From Squalus acanthias (Eukaryota), in NCBI GenBank assembly GCA_030390025.1, contig CM059438.1, positions 45,570,001 through 45,634,000 on the forward strand: a stretch of 64,000 nt of DNA, read 5' to 3'. Positions 24,400-38,211 of the stretch are shown piece after piece (position 1 is the stretch's first letter; each line of letters opens with the position of its first letter). The notes below the pieces were generated by a model. The model searched no databases, was not told where the DNA came from, and saw only the letters and a list, made by a program, of their open reading frames with translations. The translations under genes were made by a program, and so were the position numbers.

Positions 24400-25060
24400 T
24401 TTCCCCTCGGGGTCTTTAGTCACACCAGAGATCAGATGCTCGCTCTGAATGTGATATTTAAGTAAGGCCGCTGTAATGAGCGGCCACTTGAGCAGAATGT
24501 TAAAAATGAAATGAGAAGCAGGTTGGCTGTGCTAACTAAAAAAACAAATCCCAATCAACCTCCCTCCCTCCCTCCCTCTCTGAACGCTCGCCCAGGCTCT
24601 TATGCAGCGCCTCAGATAAATATGATTTGTGCCGCTGCAAAAACCAGGAGCCGCACTAAGAACAACATCAGATGATTGATGCCGACAGCGCAGATGATTC
24701 CGAGGTGTGCTACTAAAAGAAACAGATTTTTTTTTTCAAAAGAACACTTTTGCACGCCAACAGGAATCTGGGCTGTAATAGAGGAAAAGTTTGCCCCCCC
24801 CCCCTTTTTTCAACTGAACGGTGATTTGCACTTGAAATAAACCAGAATGCTGACCGTTTTGAGCCTTATTTTTGGAGCGGCCGCATTGAACAAGTTGGTT
24901 CACAGCGGAGCCCTGAGTGCGGCTCCCAACCCTGCAGTCACTCCGGAACCAGCGGCCAGTTGGCTGTTGTTGGAACCCTGCAGATGGATCCAGATCCGTC
25001 AGCAGGAACCGCCTCCTGCTTCTCAGCAACGCTGCAAAGTTTCTCTCCCCCCCCCCCCCC
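24400..25060. promoter_or_regulatory. Candidate promoter, 5' UTR or conserved non-coding element
   Basis: Non-repetitive, locally CpG-enriched (GCGGCCGC at ~24876), TGATTGAT motif at ~24673, short homopolymer tracts; no TE hallmarks recognised. Confidence 0.3.
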
Positions 25061-25433
25061 CCCCCCTGAACCTGCCCTGACTCTTATCTCAGCTTCACGG
25101 GTTTAATCAGGATCCAGTGGTTTCAGGTCATACTCCTGACAGGCTCCTTAATTGGAATACTCTACATCCACAAGGTAAAATAACATTTGTCAAAGCGACT
25201 TTCCACAACCGACCTGCCCTGTCTAATGAGAGCTATCATTGTGGGAAAGGTTCCAATCAGATCAGAAAGTCTCCATTCCGTTCTGGCCATTTCCACACAC
25301 AGCAACACTGGGCACATTTACTCCCGTGCTAAAACCGGCCATCTGAAAGCCCCAGTTCAGAGCCTTCCCTGGTACACAAAAAAATCTTGTTCCAAGATAC
25401 ACAACATAATCTCAGAGATCAGTAAAACATTTT

Positions 25434-26155
25434 GGGGGGGAAATTGGGTTGGTTTGCGCCTCTCGTTAGCGGCCCCCAGGGGGGGCGCAAATCCCCCGAC
25501 GCCCAGGCACGGCACTGCTAATGCCTCCCGCGAAATTCAGTGGGAGGTTAGCGGCGGCGGCAGCCGGTAGCGCCGCTGCTCCGCCGGCAATGACGTCATT
25601 GCCGTGCGCAGCGCCCCATTTGCGCCCCGCCCGCAAACTTCCCTTGCGCCCCCTGACCTATCGCCGGACGATATGACCAACAGGGTCAGGGGGCGTTTTT
25701 GCAGCGGCGGCGACGCTACTTAAAGGGCAGGTGTCGGGCGGCCATTTTTATTTTGGCCGGCTGTCGGCACCTGCCCCCTTTCCCTTTTTTCTTTGGGGTG
25801 GCGGCCGCGATCGTTCAGCCCGGCGCTCCTCTTGTTTTCACGGCACCCCGCTCCCCGGTGGTCCGGCAGGGCCCCGGTGCACGCAGCGCTTGGCACCTCC
25901 CTTCAATCAGGGGAGGAGGCCTGCAATGACGTGCCGCTACGTGCTGACGCACATGGCGCAGCGGCACGTAGCGTTGTGAAATTCAGTAGTAGCGCCCCAA
26001 GAAGGAGGTGGAGCGCTTTCCAGTGGCGTCCCACCTCCTGCTTGGGGCGCTACTACTGAATTTATGGTGGAGGGGGCACTAACTTTTTCGGGCGCTAATT
26101 TTAGTGCCCCAGCGACGTTAGTGCCCCAAAATGGGCATCACCCTATTTTTCCCCC
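25434..26155. mobile_element. Harbinger MITE (TTAGCGC-rich family)
   Basis: GGGGGGGAAATT...ATTTTTCCCCC with TTT/TTT flanks; homologous to 8945-9663; right end resembles the left end of the 36000 element. Confidence 0.85.
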
Positions 26156-26677
26156 TTTAACCCGTCAGATATTGTCCACATAGACAATAAACTTTCTTAC
26201 TTTTAACTTTGAAAATATAATTTTCCCTCCAGTGCCATCCTCTATGCCCACAAACACAGGCACAACGCATGCCAATTTCTACCCCGATGTGTGCTGTCTG
26301 CTTAATTTCCTTCAGAAATGTTCCTAAGGAGCAGGGAATGATCAATGAGAGTTGTTTAATGGACTCTAGCTGGGTACTGTAGTGTTGTGTCACCTCGCCA
26401 ATGTTTTACTACTGAGCTTGGGGGGGGAGGACCGTATTAGAAAAGCTATTTATTTTCTTTTTAAATTATGTATTCTCATACCGACTCATCGTTAGAGCTT
26501 GCATCCTCTACAAGAAGTTGTCCTGCCCTCCCCCTCCCTCAGCCCAAACCATTGGTCATGGTGTTCCCAGTAAAGTGCTGTGTAAGAACAGAGGTACAAG
26601 GGAGACATTCAAGATCCAGGGGTGTGACCCCGAAGAGCCAATGCACTGTGTCCCTTAAGACATCAAACAATATAAAA

Positions 26678-27047
26678 AGGAAAGAAGGAACTTGCATTTA
26701 TATAGCACCTTTCACGACCTCAGGAAGTCCAAAAGTGCTTTACAGCCAAGAAAGTACTTTTGAAAAGTAGTCACTGTTGTAATGTAGGAAATGCAGCAGA
26801 CAATTTCCAAACAGCAATGCGACAATCTGTTTTTGTGATGTTGATTGAGAGATAAATATTGGCCAGGACACCGGGGAGAACTCCCCTGCTCTTCTTCAAA
26901 TAGTGCCATGGAATCTTTTACATCCACCTAAAGGGGAAGACGGAGCCTCAGTTTAACAACTCATCCAAAAGACAGCACCTCCATGGGACTTGAACCCACA
27001 TTCTTCTACCTCAGAGGCTAGAGTGCTACCACTGAGCCACAGCTGAC
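26678..27047 (-). mobile_element. DeuSINE with internal deletions
   Basis: tRNA head and Deu domain on the minus strand. Confidence 0.8.
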
Positions 27048-27419
27048 ACCATATATAAGCAAAGGTAACTCTGGAGTATGGCCTGAAGTTAAACTGTGAC
27101 TTAGAAGGGGACACGGGTTCAAATTCTCCATAGAGAGAGGTATCTATTCATGGACTGAACTTCTAAGTGGAGGCAAAATCTCTGGATACATACGAACTTA
27201 CTCTTCCAAGAGGGATCCAATAAAGTTCCACATGAAAGGTTACTAATTAAGTTCAGAGCTGTGGGGATTCAGGGCAAACCTTGATTATGGATAAGAAATT
27301 GGCTGAAGGGAAGAGAACAACGGTTACTGGTTAGAGGAATAGTGTCAGGGTGGGGGATACTGAGCGGGTGCCCCAGGAGTCTGTGTTGGTACCACTGCTG
27401 TTTCTAATTTACATCAATA

Positions 27420-27800
27420 AAGAAAGACTTGCCTTTATATAGAACCTGTCACGATGTCACAAAGCGCTTTACAGCCAATTAAGTACTTTTGAAGTGTAGT
27501 CACTGTTGTAATGTAGGAAATGCAGCAGCCAATTTGCGCACAGCAAGCTCCCACAAACAGCAATGTGATAAGGACCAGACCAGCTGGGGGGGGGTGGCCA
27601 GGGGGGGGTTAGGTGTTGGTTGAGGGATAAATATTGGCCAGGACACTGGGGAGAACGCCCCTGTTCTTCACAATAGTGCCGAGGGATCTTTTTGCGTCCA
27701 CCCAAGAGGGCAGACGTGGCCTCGGTTTAACGTCTCCTCTGAAAGATAGCACCTGTGACAGTGCAGCACTCCCTCAGTACTGCACTGAAGAGTCAGCCGA
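27420..27800 (-). mobile_element. DeuSINE
   Basis: Reverse complement of the 29608 copy. Confidence 0.8.
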
Positions 27801-27850
27801 GATTTTACAACCTGGATTCAGAAATTCAATGCAAATTGATTTAATGGCGA

Positions 27851-27911
27851 TGATCTTGTGCGTCTGTCTTTGATCTTGTGTGTCTGTCTTTGATCTTGTG
27901 AGTCTGTCTTG
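27851..27911 (+). repeat. 20-bp tandem repeat x3 (TGATCTTGTGNGTCTGTCTT)
   Basis: Directly visible. Confidence 0.9.
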
Positions 27912-29607
27912 TATGCACGGTGCTAACCCAGTTAGAAGATGAAATCAAAGCTTTGTTTCGAAACCAGCAACAGCTGCTCTGAAACAATGGGGTAGATGTC
28001 ATCAGATTGTGCACCCAGCACAGAGCTTAAGGCAAATATTAATGGATGGAAATTCTTGTGGGGTACACTGACCTCCACATCAATACGCACTTGGTCACAT
28101 CCCTTCATATTCTTGATTGACTTCAAGAATTTAATTGAAAAATTCAGCACAGGTTTAACAGAACCTCAGGAGTTTTCAACACGGCAGGAGGCCATTCAGC
28201 TCATCGTAGTCTGTGCCAGTTTATTGCTCGAACAACCCAACACTAATCCCACTGCCCCGCTCTCTCCTCATAGCTTTCTCTACTTCAATGCAGTGGCAAA
28301 AGGTGATGCTTTTGATTTCTAAACACCCTGTGCAAGTGTTTCAATGCTTATTTATTATTCATCAGCTCTATGTCTAATACTCAGAGGAAGTTCATGTAAC
28401 AAGTCTCAACAAATGAGAATCTGCTTCACGTTCAATTGAGTTGAATAGAACATGCCCTAATGGCCATTAATTCAATATTTGTTTGTTTAGAGGGCACTTT
28501 TTGAAATTCTATACAGGAATAATAGTGATAGAAAAGGAAATTATAATTACAGTTAGATTTCCAGACCATTTCCCCAGAATCTCTGTGAAAAGCAATGGTG
28601 ATTTTTCTATAAATGTTAAGCGCTCAGTTATAACTAAAGGGAGATTATTACAGAGCGTTGTAAGGATGTGATTGGGATTTTTTTTTAGAGAACTGGCAAG
28701 TATTTAAAACATTTTCCAAAGGTGTCATTGCCTCAGGTGCTTTGCAGATTCTAATTTTAGTTTTGAAATACAATTTAAATAGACTGATTAAAGGTGATAC
28801 TTCAATGACAATACCAGGTCTCCTATACTTGTGGAGATATTTTCATTTCTCCCTCAGTAATTGTATCCTGATGGTGGCTACTTCCAAACCCCCACCCCCC
28901 GTCAGTGTTAGAAGTCATCAGCAGCAGGAACAGAGTGCATTTTGACACTAGAGTCTCATCTTTACTGGTTAGAGCACATCAGTCCGATAAATGAAAGTTC
29001 CTTCAGTTACAGTGCTGGTATTTGCTGGTGCCACATCTCAATCTGATAAATGATTAATATTTTGAACTGTTATTTATAATTCATGCCTTGCGGTTAATTC
29101 TATTTTACATTCCATTTCTCTTTTCATTAACATAATAACTAACTGAAATGGAACTGTACTGCAATCCTACTTAAGCACCTCCAGTGTTTTCCGAGATAAG
29201 GATACTCAATCTTCTTTCTCTGTTATTGTTTGAATGGTTGAATTATTGGTGTCTTGTGAATATGCTTAAATAATATTTAAAGAAAAGCTCTTACTCCCTT
29301 CCCCCACCCCCTCGCAAACTGAATGAGGTGATTAACAGTAGGACAAAGCTGACACAACAGATGGAAAGAAAAGATTAAAAACTGAAGATGCATTTTCTTG
29401 GGGGATTACACCACTGGCTGTTTTTCATTTTGTGCGATATCTGTTTGTTTTATTATGCGCTTCCTCACTGGCTAAGATCGAGTCAGTTCATTATTCGGAA
29501 GGTTTTTTTAAAAAAATTGGTAGCTAAGTTTCAACCTGGAAATAAATAAACAACTTTAACTCTACTGCTGACTGTGAACTCTTCATCCAAAGCACTGCCT
29601 CCTAACA

Positions 29608-30071
29608 AGCCGTGGTTCAGTGGGCAGCACTCTCGCCTATGGAATCAGAAGGTTGTGGGTTCATAGTCCCACTCCAGAGACTTGAGCACAAAAATCTAGG
29701 CTGACGCCTCAATGCAGTGCTGAGGGAGTGCTGCACTGTCTGAGGTGCCGTCTTTCGGATGAGATGTTAAACCGAGGCCCCGTTTGCTCTCTCAGGTGGG
29801 AGTAAAAGATCCCGCGGCACTATTTCGAAGAAGAGCAGGGGAGTTCTCCCCAGTGTCCTGGCCAATATGTATCCCTCAACCAACATCACTAAAACAGATG
29901 GTCATTATCACATTGCTGTTTGTGGGACCTTGCTGTGCACAAATTGGCTGCTGTGTTTCCTACATTACAACAGTGACTACACTTCGAAAGTACTTCATTG
30001 GCTGTGAAGTGCTTTGGGACATCCTACAGTCACGAAAGACGTTATACAAATGCAAGTTCATTCTTTCTTTT
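29608..30071 (+). mobile_element. Full-length tRNA-derived DeuSINE (SacSINE1-like)
   Basis: A box TGGTTCAGTGGG, B-box-like GGTTCATAGTCCC, Deu domain GATGAGATGTTAAACCGAGGCCCC...AAAAGATCCC...GAAGAAGAGCAGGGGAGTTCTCCC, and an L2-like tail ending AAATGCAAG(TTCT)n. Confidence 0.85.
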
Positions 30072-31319
30072 CAGGTGCCTGTTGTTATTAAAATCTCTTG
30101 CCTCCTGTGAGCATGCTAAGATTTATGCAAATGAGCACTTCAAATGACAGGCGGTTCCAGGCCTCAAACCTCTTTCTCTGGCTGGTAGGTAGGAATCTTT
30201 GAAACTTTTCATACAAGAGTCATAACACTCAGCACTTGTAGAAATATCCTTGAAAATTGGGTACATTTTAATAGCCTTCGAGCTGTTATGTATGTGGCAT
30301 GGAGAAAATAGACATTATTTTGTCCTGCTCAAACCATTTCATGCACTGAAGGACTGTCACTGACGACAGTTGTAGAGAAATCCATCACCCAGGCAGTAAA
30401 GCCCTTCTAAACAGAGAAGGTGCTTGAAGCAAGCAGACTGCAAATCCAGAACGTTTTAGAGAGAATTAGGAGAGAAGTTAAAGATGTCCAGCTCGTTGGA
30501 TCAATGTTTCAGGGGACGAAGCCCTGTACCCACAGATTTTGGGAGAGCGAATAAAGGACTCGTTCCTTGGCATTGATGGGTTCCTTGGAAAGATTTACCT
30601 CAGCCATTGCTGAACCTCAATGCTGTGGATAAAATTGCAAGTCAGTCGAGTGCGTTCCCACCAAACCTTTGGATGCAATAGGAGAGTCTTTTCCACGACA
30701 GTTACACCAGTCAGGCAAGCAGGGGAAGAGAATTGGGCGAGGATAGAGACAGATTAAGAATCCTTGGGGCCCTGAGCGCAAAGACCATTTGGGGCCCCTT
30801 CACACCACCCTTCACACCACCCACACAACCCCCAACCACCAATCCCCTGGGCACTGGCCCCATAGGTCGTGTGTTAATCAGCCCCTGGGTGGAATCCTGG
30901 CCTCCCACCACAGTTTTATTCCTACGCCCATTGGGTGCTCCAGGAGAAGGGTTCCTCAAGAAACCTCGCCCAAGCGCTTGCGCCAGGAACTCCAACGAAC
31001 AGCAGGGATTGTGGGGGTCGAGATGGCAGGCCAAAGATTTCCAGAACCATCAGATAATATTATTATATTGCCACCCCCACCCCTCACCAAAGATGATCTC
31101 TGGGCCCGGGTCTTTCTCACGGCTGCTCTCCAGAAGCAGCTAGAAGGCCACCAAGAGCATAGCTGCGCTCCAATTCCTTCCCCCTGGGCCCAGCCAGGGG
31201 GCGGGTGAGCGGGTTTCCAGTGCATACGGGCTGCACAAAAGGCCTGGGACAGGAAACTTACGTGATTCCCCCTCCCCTGACGGGTGCACCACATCTCGGG
31301 TACACTATGCCTTTTAAAA

Positions 31320-33770
31320 TTTATTCAGGGGTTGTGGGCGTCACTGGTAAGGCCAGCATTTATTGCCCATCTCTAATTGCCCTCGAGAAGGTGGTGGTGA
31401 GCCGTCTACTTGAACCGCTGCAGTCCGTGTGGTGATGGTATTCCCACAGTGCTGTTAGGGAGGGAGTTCCAGGATTTTGACCCAGCGACGATGAAGGATC
31501 GGCGATATATTTCCAAGTCAGGATGGTGTGTGACTTGGAGGGGAACTTGCAGGTGGTGGTGTTCCCATGCGCCTGCTGCCCTTGTCCTTCTAGGTGGTAG
31601 AGGTAGCGGGTTTGGGAGGTGCTGTCAAAGAAGCCTTGGCGAGTTGCTGCAGTGCATCTTGTAGATGATACACACTGCAGACACGGTACACCGGTGGTGG
31701 AGGGAGTGAATGTTTAAGGTGGTGGATGGGGTGCCAATCAAGCGGGCTGCTTTGCCTTGGATGGTGTTGAGCTTCTTGAGTGTTGTTGGAGCTGCACTCA
31801 TCCAGGCAAGTGGAGAGTATTCCATCACACTCCTGACTTGTGCCTTGCAGATGGTGGAAAGGCTTTGGCGAGTCAGGAGGTGAGACACTCGCCGCAGAAT
31901 ACCCAGCCTCTGACCTGCTCTTGTAGCCACAGTATTTATGTGGCTGGTCCAGTTAAGTTTCTGGTCAATGGTGACCCCCAGGATGTTGATGTTGGGGGAT
32001 TCAATGATGGTAATGCCATTGAATGTCAAGGGTGGTGGTTAGACTTTCTCTTATTGGAGATGGTCATTGCCTGGCACTTGTGTGGCATGAATGTTACCTG
32101 CCACTTATCAGTCCAGGCCTGACTGTTGTCCAGGTCTTGCTGCATGTGGGCATGGACTGCTTCATTATCTGAGGAGTTGCGAATGGCACTGTGCAGTCAT
32201 CAGCAAACATCCCCACTTCTGACCTCATGATGGAGGGAAGGTCATTGATGAAGCAGCTGAAGATGGTTGGGTCTAGGACACTGCCCTGAGGAACTTCTGC
32301 AGCAATGTCCTGGGGCTGAGATGATTGGCCCCCAACAACCACAACCACCTTCCTTTGTGCTAGGTATGACTCCAGCCAGTGGAGAGTTTTCCCCCCAATT
32401 CCCATTGACTTCAATTTTACGAGGGCTCCTTGATGCCACACTCGGTCAAATGCTGCCTTGATGTCAAGGGCAGTCACTCTCACCTCACCTCTGGAATTCA
32501 GCTCTTTTGTCCATGTTTGTACCAAGGTTGTAATGAGGTCTGGAGCTGAGTGGTCCTGGCGGAACCTAAACTGAGCATCGATGAGCAGGTTATTGACGAG
32601 TAAGTGCTGCTTAATAGCACTGTCGATGACACCTTCCATCACTTTGCTGATGATTGAGAGTAGAGTGATGGGGCGGTAATTGGCCAGATTGGATTTGTCC
32701 TGCTTTTTGTGGACAGGGCATACCTGGTCAATTTTCCTCTTTGTCGGATAGATGCCAGTGTTGTAGCTGTACTGGAACAGCTTGGCTAGAGGCGCGGCGA
32801 GTTCTGGAGCACAAATCTTCAGCACTAAAGCCGGGATGTTGTCGGGGCCCATAGCCTTTGCTGTATCCAGTGCGCTCAACCGTTTCTTGATATAATATTG
32901 AGTGAATTGAATTGAATGAAAACTGGCTTCTGTGATGGTGGGGAGCTCAGGAGGAGGCCGAGATGGATCATCCACTCGGCACTTCTGGCTGAAGATGGTT
33001 GCAAACACTTCAGGCTTTCCTTTTGTACTCACGTGCTGGGCTCCGCCATCGTTGAGGATGGAAATGTTCATGGTGCCTCCTCCTCCCGTTAGTTGTTTAA
33101 TGTTCCACCACCATTCACGACTGTATGTGGCAGGACTGCAGAGCTTTGATCTGATCCGTTGATTGTGGGATCGCTTAGCCCTGTCTATAGCATGCTGCTT
33201 CCGCTGTTTACCGTGCATGTAGTCCTGTGTTGCAGCTTCCCCAGGTTGGCACCTCATTTTTAGGTACGCCTGGTGCTGCTCCTAGCATGCTCTTCCACAC
33301 TCCTTATTGAACCAGGGTTGGTCCCCTGGCTTGATGGTAATGGTAGAGTGAGGGATATACCGGGTCATGAGGTTACAGATTGTGGTGGAATACAATTCTG
33401 CTGATGATGATGACCCCAGCACCTCATAGATGCCCAGGTTTGAGCTGCTAGATCTGTTCTGAATCTATCCCATTTAGCACGATGGTAGTGCCACACAACA
33501 CGATGGAGGCTGTCCTCAGTGTGAAGACGGGACTTCGTCTCCACAATGACTGTGCGGTGGTCACTGCTACCAATACTGTCATGGACAGATGCATCTGCAC
33601 GGGTAGATTGGAGAGGACGTGGTCAAGTAGGCTTTTCCCTCGTGTTGGTTCTCTCACCACCTGCCGCAGGCCCAGTCTGGCAGTTATGTCCTTCAGCTTG
33701 ATTAGTAGCGGTGCTACCGAGCCACTCTTGGTGATGGACAATGAAGTCCCCCACCCAGAGTGCATTCTGT
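31320..33770 (-). mobile_element. CR1-like LINE, 5'-truncated, decayed ORF2
   Basis: KAMGPDNIP, NYRPITLL, LDIKAAFDRVWH, VPQGSVL and MFADD motifs across frameshifted ORFs. Confidence 0.92.
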
Positions 33771-34114
33771 CAGATGCCTGGCTTGCACCTGTGGAGAAAG
33801 ATTGTCGCATTCCACAACTGCCTACTGCATGAACAGTCCTGTCTACACCTTCCCCCTGCCCATCACAAATGAAGGAGACCAAGCAGGTGAGGCTGTGGTG
33901 GAAGGAACACTTGGCAAATACGGGTTTCAATGGGGAATCTAGAGACATCCACCAAAGGGGTAGTTAGCAGTGAGGGTAGCGCACCAGATGATGCACAGAC
34001 CACAAGTGGGCAGGATGAGTTGTGGTGGAGGATGAGGGGGTCCATGTTGCTGACACGGTGAGTCAGATCTTGCCGTTGACTCATCAGCCTGAAGACCCAG
34101 ATCTCGCAGATCCT

Positions 34115-34508
34115 GCTTTTACAACCAATGAAGGACCTTTTCTTTGAAGTGTCATCACTGTTGTAATTTAGGAAATGCGGCAGCCAATTTGCACACAGCA
34201 AGGTTGCACAAGCAGTAATGAGTTAATGACCACTGTTTTTAAGCGTTGGTTTGGCAGAATAGATTTTGGCCAGGACACCGGGGAGAACTCCCCTGCTCTT
34301 CTTCAAAATACTGCCGTGGGATCTTTTATGTCCACCTGAGAGGGCAGACAGGGCCTGGGTTTAAAGTCTCATCCAAAAGACTGCACCTCTAATAGCGCAG
34401 CACTTAAGTGTCAGCCTAGATTTTTGTGCTCAAGTCTCTGGAGTCGGACTTGAACCCACCACCTCCTGCCTCAGAGGCGAGGGTGCTACCAACTGAGCTA
34501 CGGCTGAT
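34115..34508 (-). mobile_element. DeuSINE
   Basis: tRNA head at ~34440-34505 and Deu domain. Confidence 0.8.
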
Positions 34509-36358
34509 CCTTAGGTTGCAGTACATATTTATCTCCTGTTGAAAAACATTTCTACTTGAATAATTTCAACAAGGCATCGATGCGTCAGACACATATCTGG
34601 AAGTTGGGCGAAGAATCAGATATAATTGCAGGCAGGCTAATTCAGTTCAGATCTCAACCACGAAGCACGGTTTGCACCAAGACTGCAACTCTTACTCTGC
34701 ATTTTAAAATGTCACACTTTACTTAATTATCTGTACAGAATGTCGCACTTTTACAGGCAGTGTGGCTGATGAAACCTGCCATTTCCTTCTCGATTTATTA
34801 CAGTAAGATTGCGGATTTATTTGCAAAGGTAGCGTGCACTTTTTAATTACAAAGCGAACAGTCAAATTCATTTAACAGCGAGCTCCAGATTTAACATAGA
34901 TTTCGCTTAAAACTGAGAACAATTCTCATGCAAATCCGGAAACAGGGCCTAATAGTAAAACCAGATCTCTCCGAAAGGTTCAGACGCTGATTTTCAGACA
35001 AGCTGCAATGCTGTTTGCAACACATGATTGTGCCACAAGTCGGCTAACAGACACCCAGCTGCCCTAGATTTTCAAACCTGGGGTGTCCATTATCACGAGA
35101 AGCCTGTGTAGTTTTGAGCATCCCTTGCAAATACATTTTACTGCAGATTTTCAGTCCATTAATCCATGGAAACCTGCCCATCGTGTCGTCACAGAAATAA
35201 ATTTAAATCATAGTCAATGGCAATTACGTAGATAATTCAGCTTGGAAGTAGGCCATTCAGTCCAACCAGTCCATGCCGGCGTTTATGCTCCACTCGAGCC
35301 TCCTCCTTACGAGGTAATAATCTCCTGGGAAATGGGGGAGGTCAGAGGGCATTTTAAACCAGCAGAACAAAGCTCAAGTGGTTTATAATGGCCACCTGCA
35401 CCAAAGGTGAGATAGCCGCCGTTATAAATGATGGGAGCTATCGGCCCGAAAATCCGCGGCCCAACCCGTCACCGTGACAATGGCAGAGCGAGGCCTCAGC
35501 TGCTGGCAAGTTGTGCCCCTGACCTCATCCCATTCCCTGTGGTCAGGAAATTTACACAAGCCAGGCAGCCGCCTCTTGGCATTTGCCGTGCAGGTTGGAG
35601 CGCTCACCCGCCGAGGGGACAAAACTGGCCACTGAGCCTTGCCGCAGCACTAAAGAGCCGGCTAGAAGGTTCCGCCACCCTTCCCAAATAGTCCGACTTC
35701 CCCGCCGCAACTGACCGCTCTACAATTGGCCGCCGAAGAGAAACTGGCCCTTTTAAAATTTTTGTGGGCCCCACTTCTGCCAGGATCCGATCCCGGCAAC
35801 TATGTGCTTTGTGCAGGCGTTTATTGTGACCGGGGCAACTGAGGCCAGACTGGTGGCAACTTGATGTCATCCTGCTTCTTCTACCTGCATGTCTACACAA
35901 AATGGGGCAGAGTCAACAACAACAACAACTTGTATTTATATAGGGCCTTTAAAGTAGTAAAACGTCCCAAGGCGCTTCACAGGAATATTAAAAGACAAAG
36001 GGGGAAAAATTAGGTCGCGCCCCATTTGGGGCGCAAATATCGTCTGGACGCAAATATTAGCGCCTGGCGCTAATTATCGCCACTGACTGGAAACTTCACT
36101 TTTACCGCCCCGGGAGGTGAGTGGAGCGCTAAATCAGGCGCTGCACACCTGTCTTAAGGCGCAAAGGCCGAGCAGTGAGGCGCTAACTCAGAGCGCGAGC
36201 GCAGCGCAGGTGCTGCCAGTTAGCGAGGGAACACAGACACACTGGCGCCGGCCACTTCTTAAAGCGGGGGGGGCCAACTTGCTCCCCAGCCACACCCTGC
36301 TCATTGCAGCCTTGAATCTCGGCCTGGAGAGACCTGTGAATCCATTTTGCTGCCAAGG

Positions 36359-38211
36359 ATGGAGAGGGTGAGAGAACGAGCTCATCGCTTCACCGAGCGG
36401 GCCTTGGATGCTCTGGTTGGCGCGGTGGAGCGCAGAAGATGTATACTCTTCCCTGAGAGTGGCAGGAGGCCTTTGCCACGCGAGTACAGAAGAGTGTGGA
36501 GGGAGGTGGCTCAGAGCGTCTCCTCCAGGAGCATGGTGCCCAGGACCCATGTTCAATGCCGCAAAAAGTTCAACGACCTCACTCGGGTCGTCAGGGTGAG
36601 TGGCTTTTTCTCAATACCTCTCCATCCCTCCATCTCAATCTCACTCTATGGCCAGAGGGTCTTAAAACCCCAATGCACAACACTCATCCAACAACTATGG
36701 CCCTTTCATCAAACACACACACACATTCCACACTTTGCATACAGTAAGGGCTATTCACCTATGGGAGGCACATCAGGCAAGACCATGGCTGCATAGAGTA
36801 AGGGCTATTCACCTATGGGAGGCACATCAGGCAAGACCATGGCTGTATATTTACTCAGATGCTGTCCTTTTTCTTACAGGCCAAGCTGGCGCATAATCGG
36901 AGACAGCAGCAACGGACAGGTGGAGGGCGGCCTCAGCTGCAACCCCTCAGCGATCTTGAGGAGTGCGTCCACAGGATTGTGGCAAGCCGGGTGATCGGTC
37001 CCGTCGCCACTGGAGACGCCGACCCCGTTCTGGACAGCAATGGTAAGGTCATCACCTTTTTGTCCTCTGTCCTTCCACTTGTCCCTCACAACACCAGCCT
37101 TTGACACTTTCAATCCAACTTGCTAACTCGCTGCACTTATTCCTCCCTTACTGCCACCCTGTTCTCACGCTAAAGCCACTCTTGTACCTCCCTGCTTTCA
37201 GATGGTGATTCACCAGCTGAGGAGACGGGCCCTGAAGCTGCCACTGGGAGTGAAGCTGCAGCCGAGGAGGAAGAGGAAGCCGGAGCATCAGTGCCACCCT
37301 CTCCCGAGGAAGCCCATGCCCACACTGGGAACACGCCTTCCCTGGAGGGGAGCAGGGGGGAAGGGTCTGATGAGGGTGAAACTCCAGGACCCAGCGGGCT
37401 GCAGCAACGCCATGGGGGTAGGGAAGAACGGGGGCCTTCTCCCCAGAGGGAGAGTATGCCAGAGACTCCTACTGCAATGGACGCAGAGGAGGAGCGGCTG
37501 ATCGCAGAAATGAACACCCAGGCGGTGGGCATGCACACTGAGCTCATGGGTGCAGTGGGAAGGGTGCCCGAATGCATTGAGTCACTGGCAAGGAGTGTGG
37601 AGCACTTCGCTGTAGCACAGGTGGATGCCACACTAACACTTAGTGCTGCAATTCAGTCACTGGCTGCCGTGATCCCATCTCTGACTGCTCTCATGCAGAC
37701 TCAGATTGAGGCCACGCGAGCACAGACTGCTGCCAACCTCGATGGTTCGTTCACATGTCCCCGGGGCTCTCACCGCGCCGCAGCAGGCCAGCAATCTGTG
37801 CTCCAGCAGATTGCTCCGGATGCTGAAGTGCTGCCCCGTGGGAGTGCCAGTGTGTCGGGCGAGCAGGGAGTTGCTGTCCTCTCTCACGATGACAGCATTC
37901 CTGCTGCCAACACTGTCACTTCTCCACTGCACTTGCCACCGCCTGTAGGACAGACTGCTGCCGCCCATGCAGAGTTGTGCAGTCTGCAGCCGGGCCCTCC
38001 AGGCCCAGAACTGGTCGAGGCCGTCCTTCAGGGGCATCTGCAGTGTCAGGGTCTGACGAGCAGCAGCCTTCCACCAGCCTTGCTGCAGCCACTGAGGTCC
38101 CATTACGGAGGAGCAGTAGGGTTAGAAGGGGGAAGTGCGCAAGGGAAGGAGATCACCCTCGAAGGGCAAAAAGTAGGAGGTGTGACAAAATGCTGGTCAT
38201 TTTTTTATTAA
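36359..38211 (+). CDS. Harbinger Myb/SANT-like protein; exons 36359-36595, 36880-37042, 37202-38211 (469 aa as read; probable -1 nt lesion near 37977)
   Basis: Canonical GT-AG junctions in phase 0 and 1 give a continuous 1410-nt frame; RFTERALDALV...W.EVA..VS...RT..QCRKKFNDL and AHNRR...TGGG motifs. Confidence 0.8.
36736..36843 (+). repeat. 54-bp tandem duplication in Myb intron 1
   Basis: TGCATASAGTAAGGGCTATTCACCTATGGGAGGCACATCAGGCAAGACCATGGC x2. Confidence 0.92.

Noticed and set aside
29608-29690. tRNA gene
   Set aside because: It is the tRNA-derived head of a SINE and continues into the Deu domain
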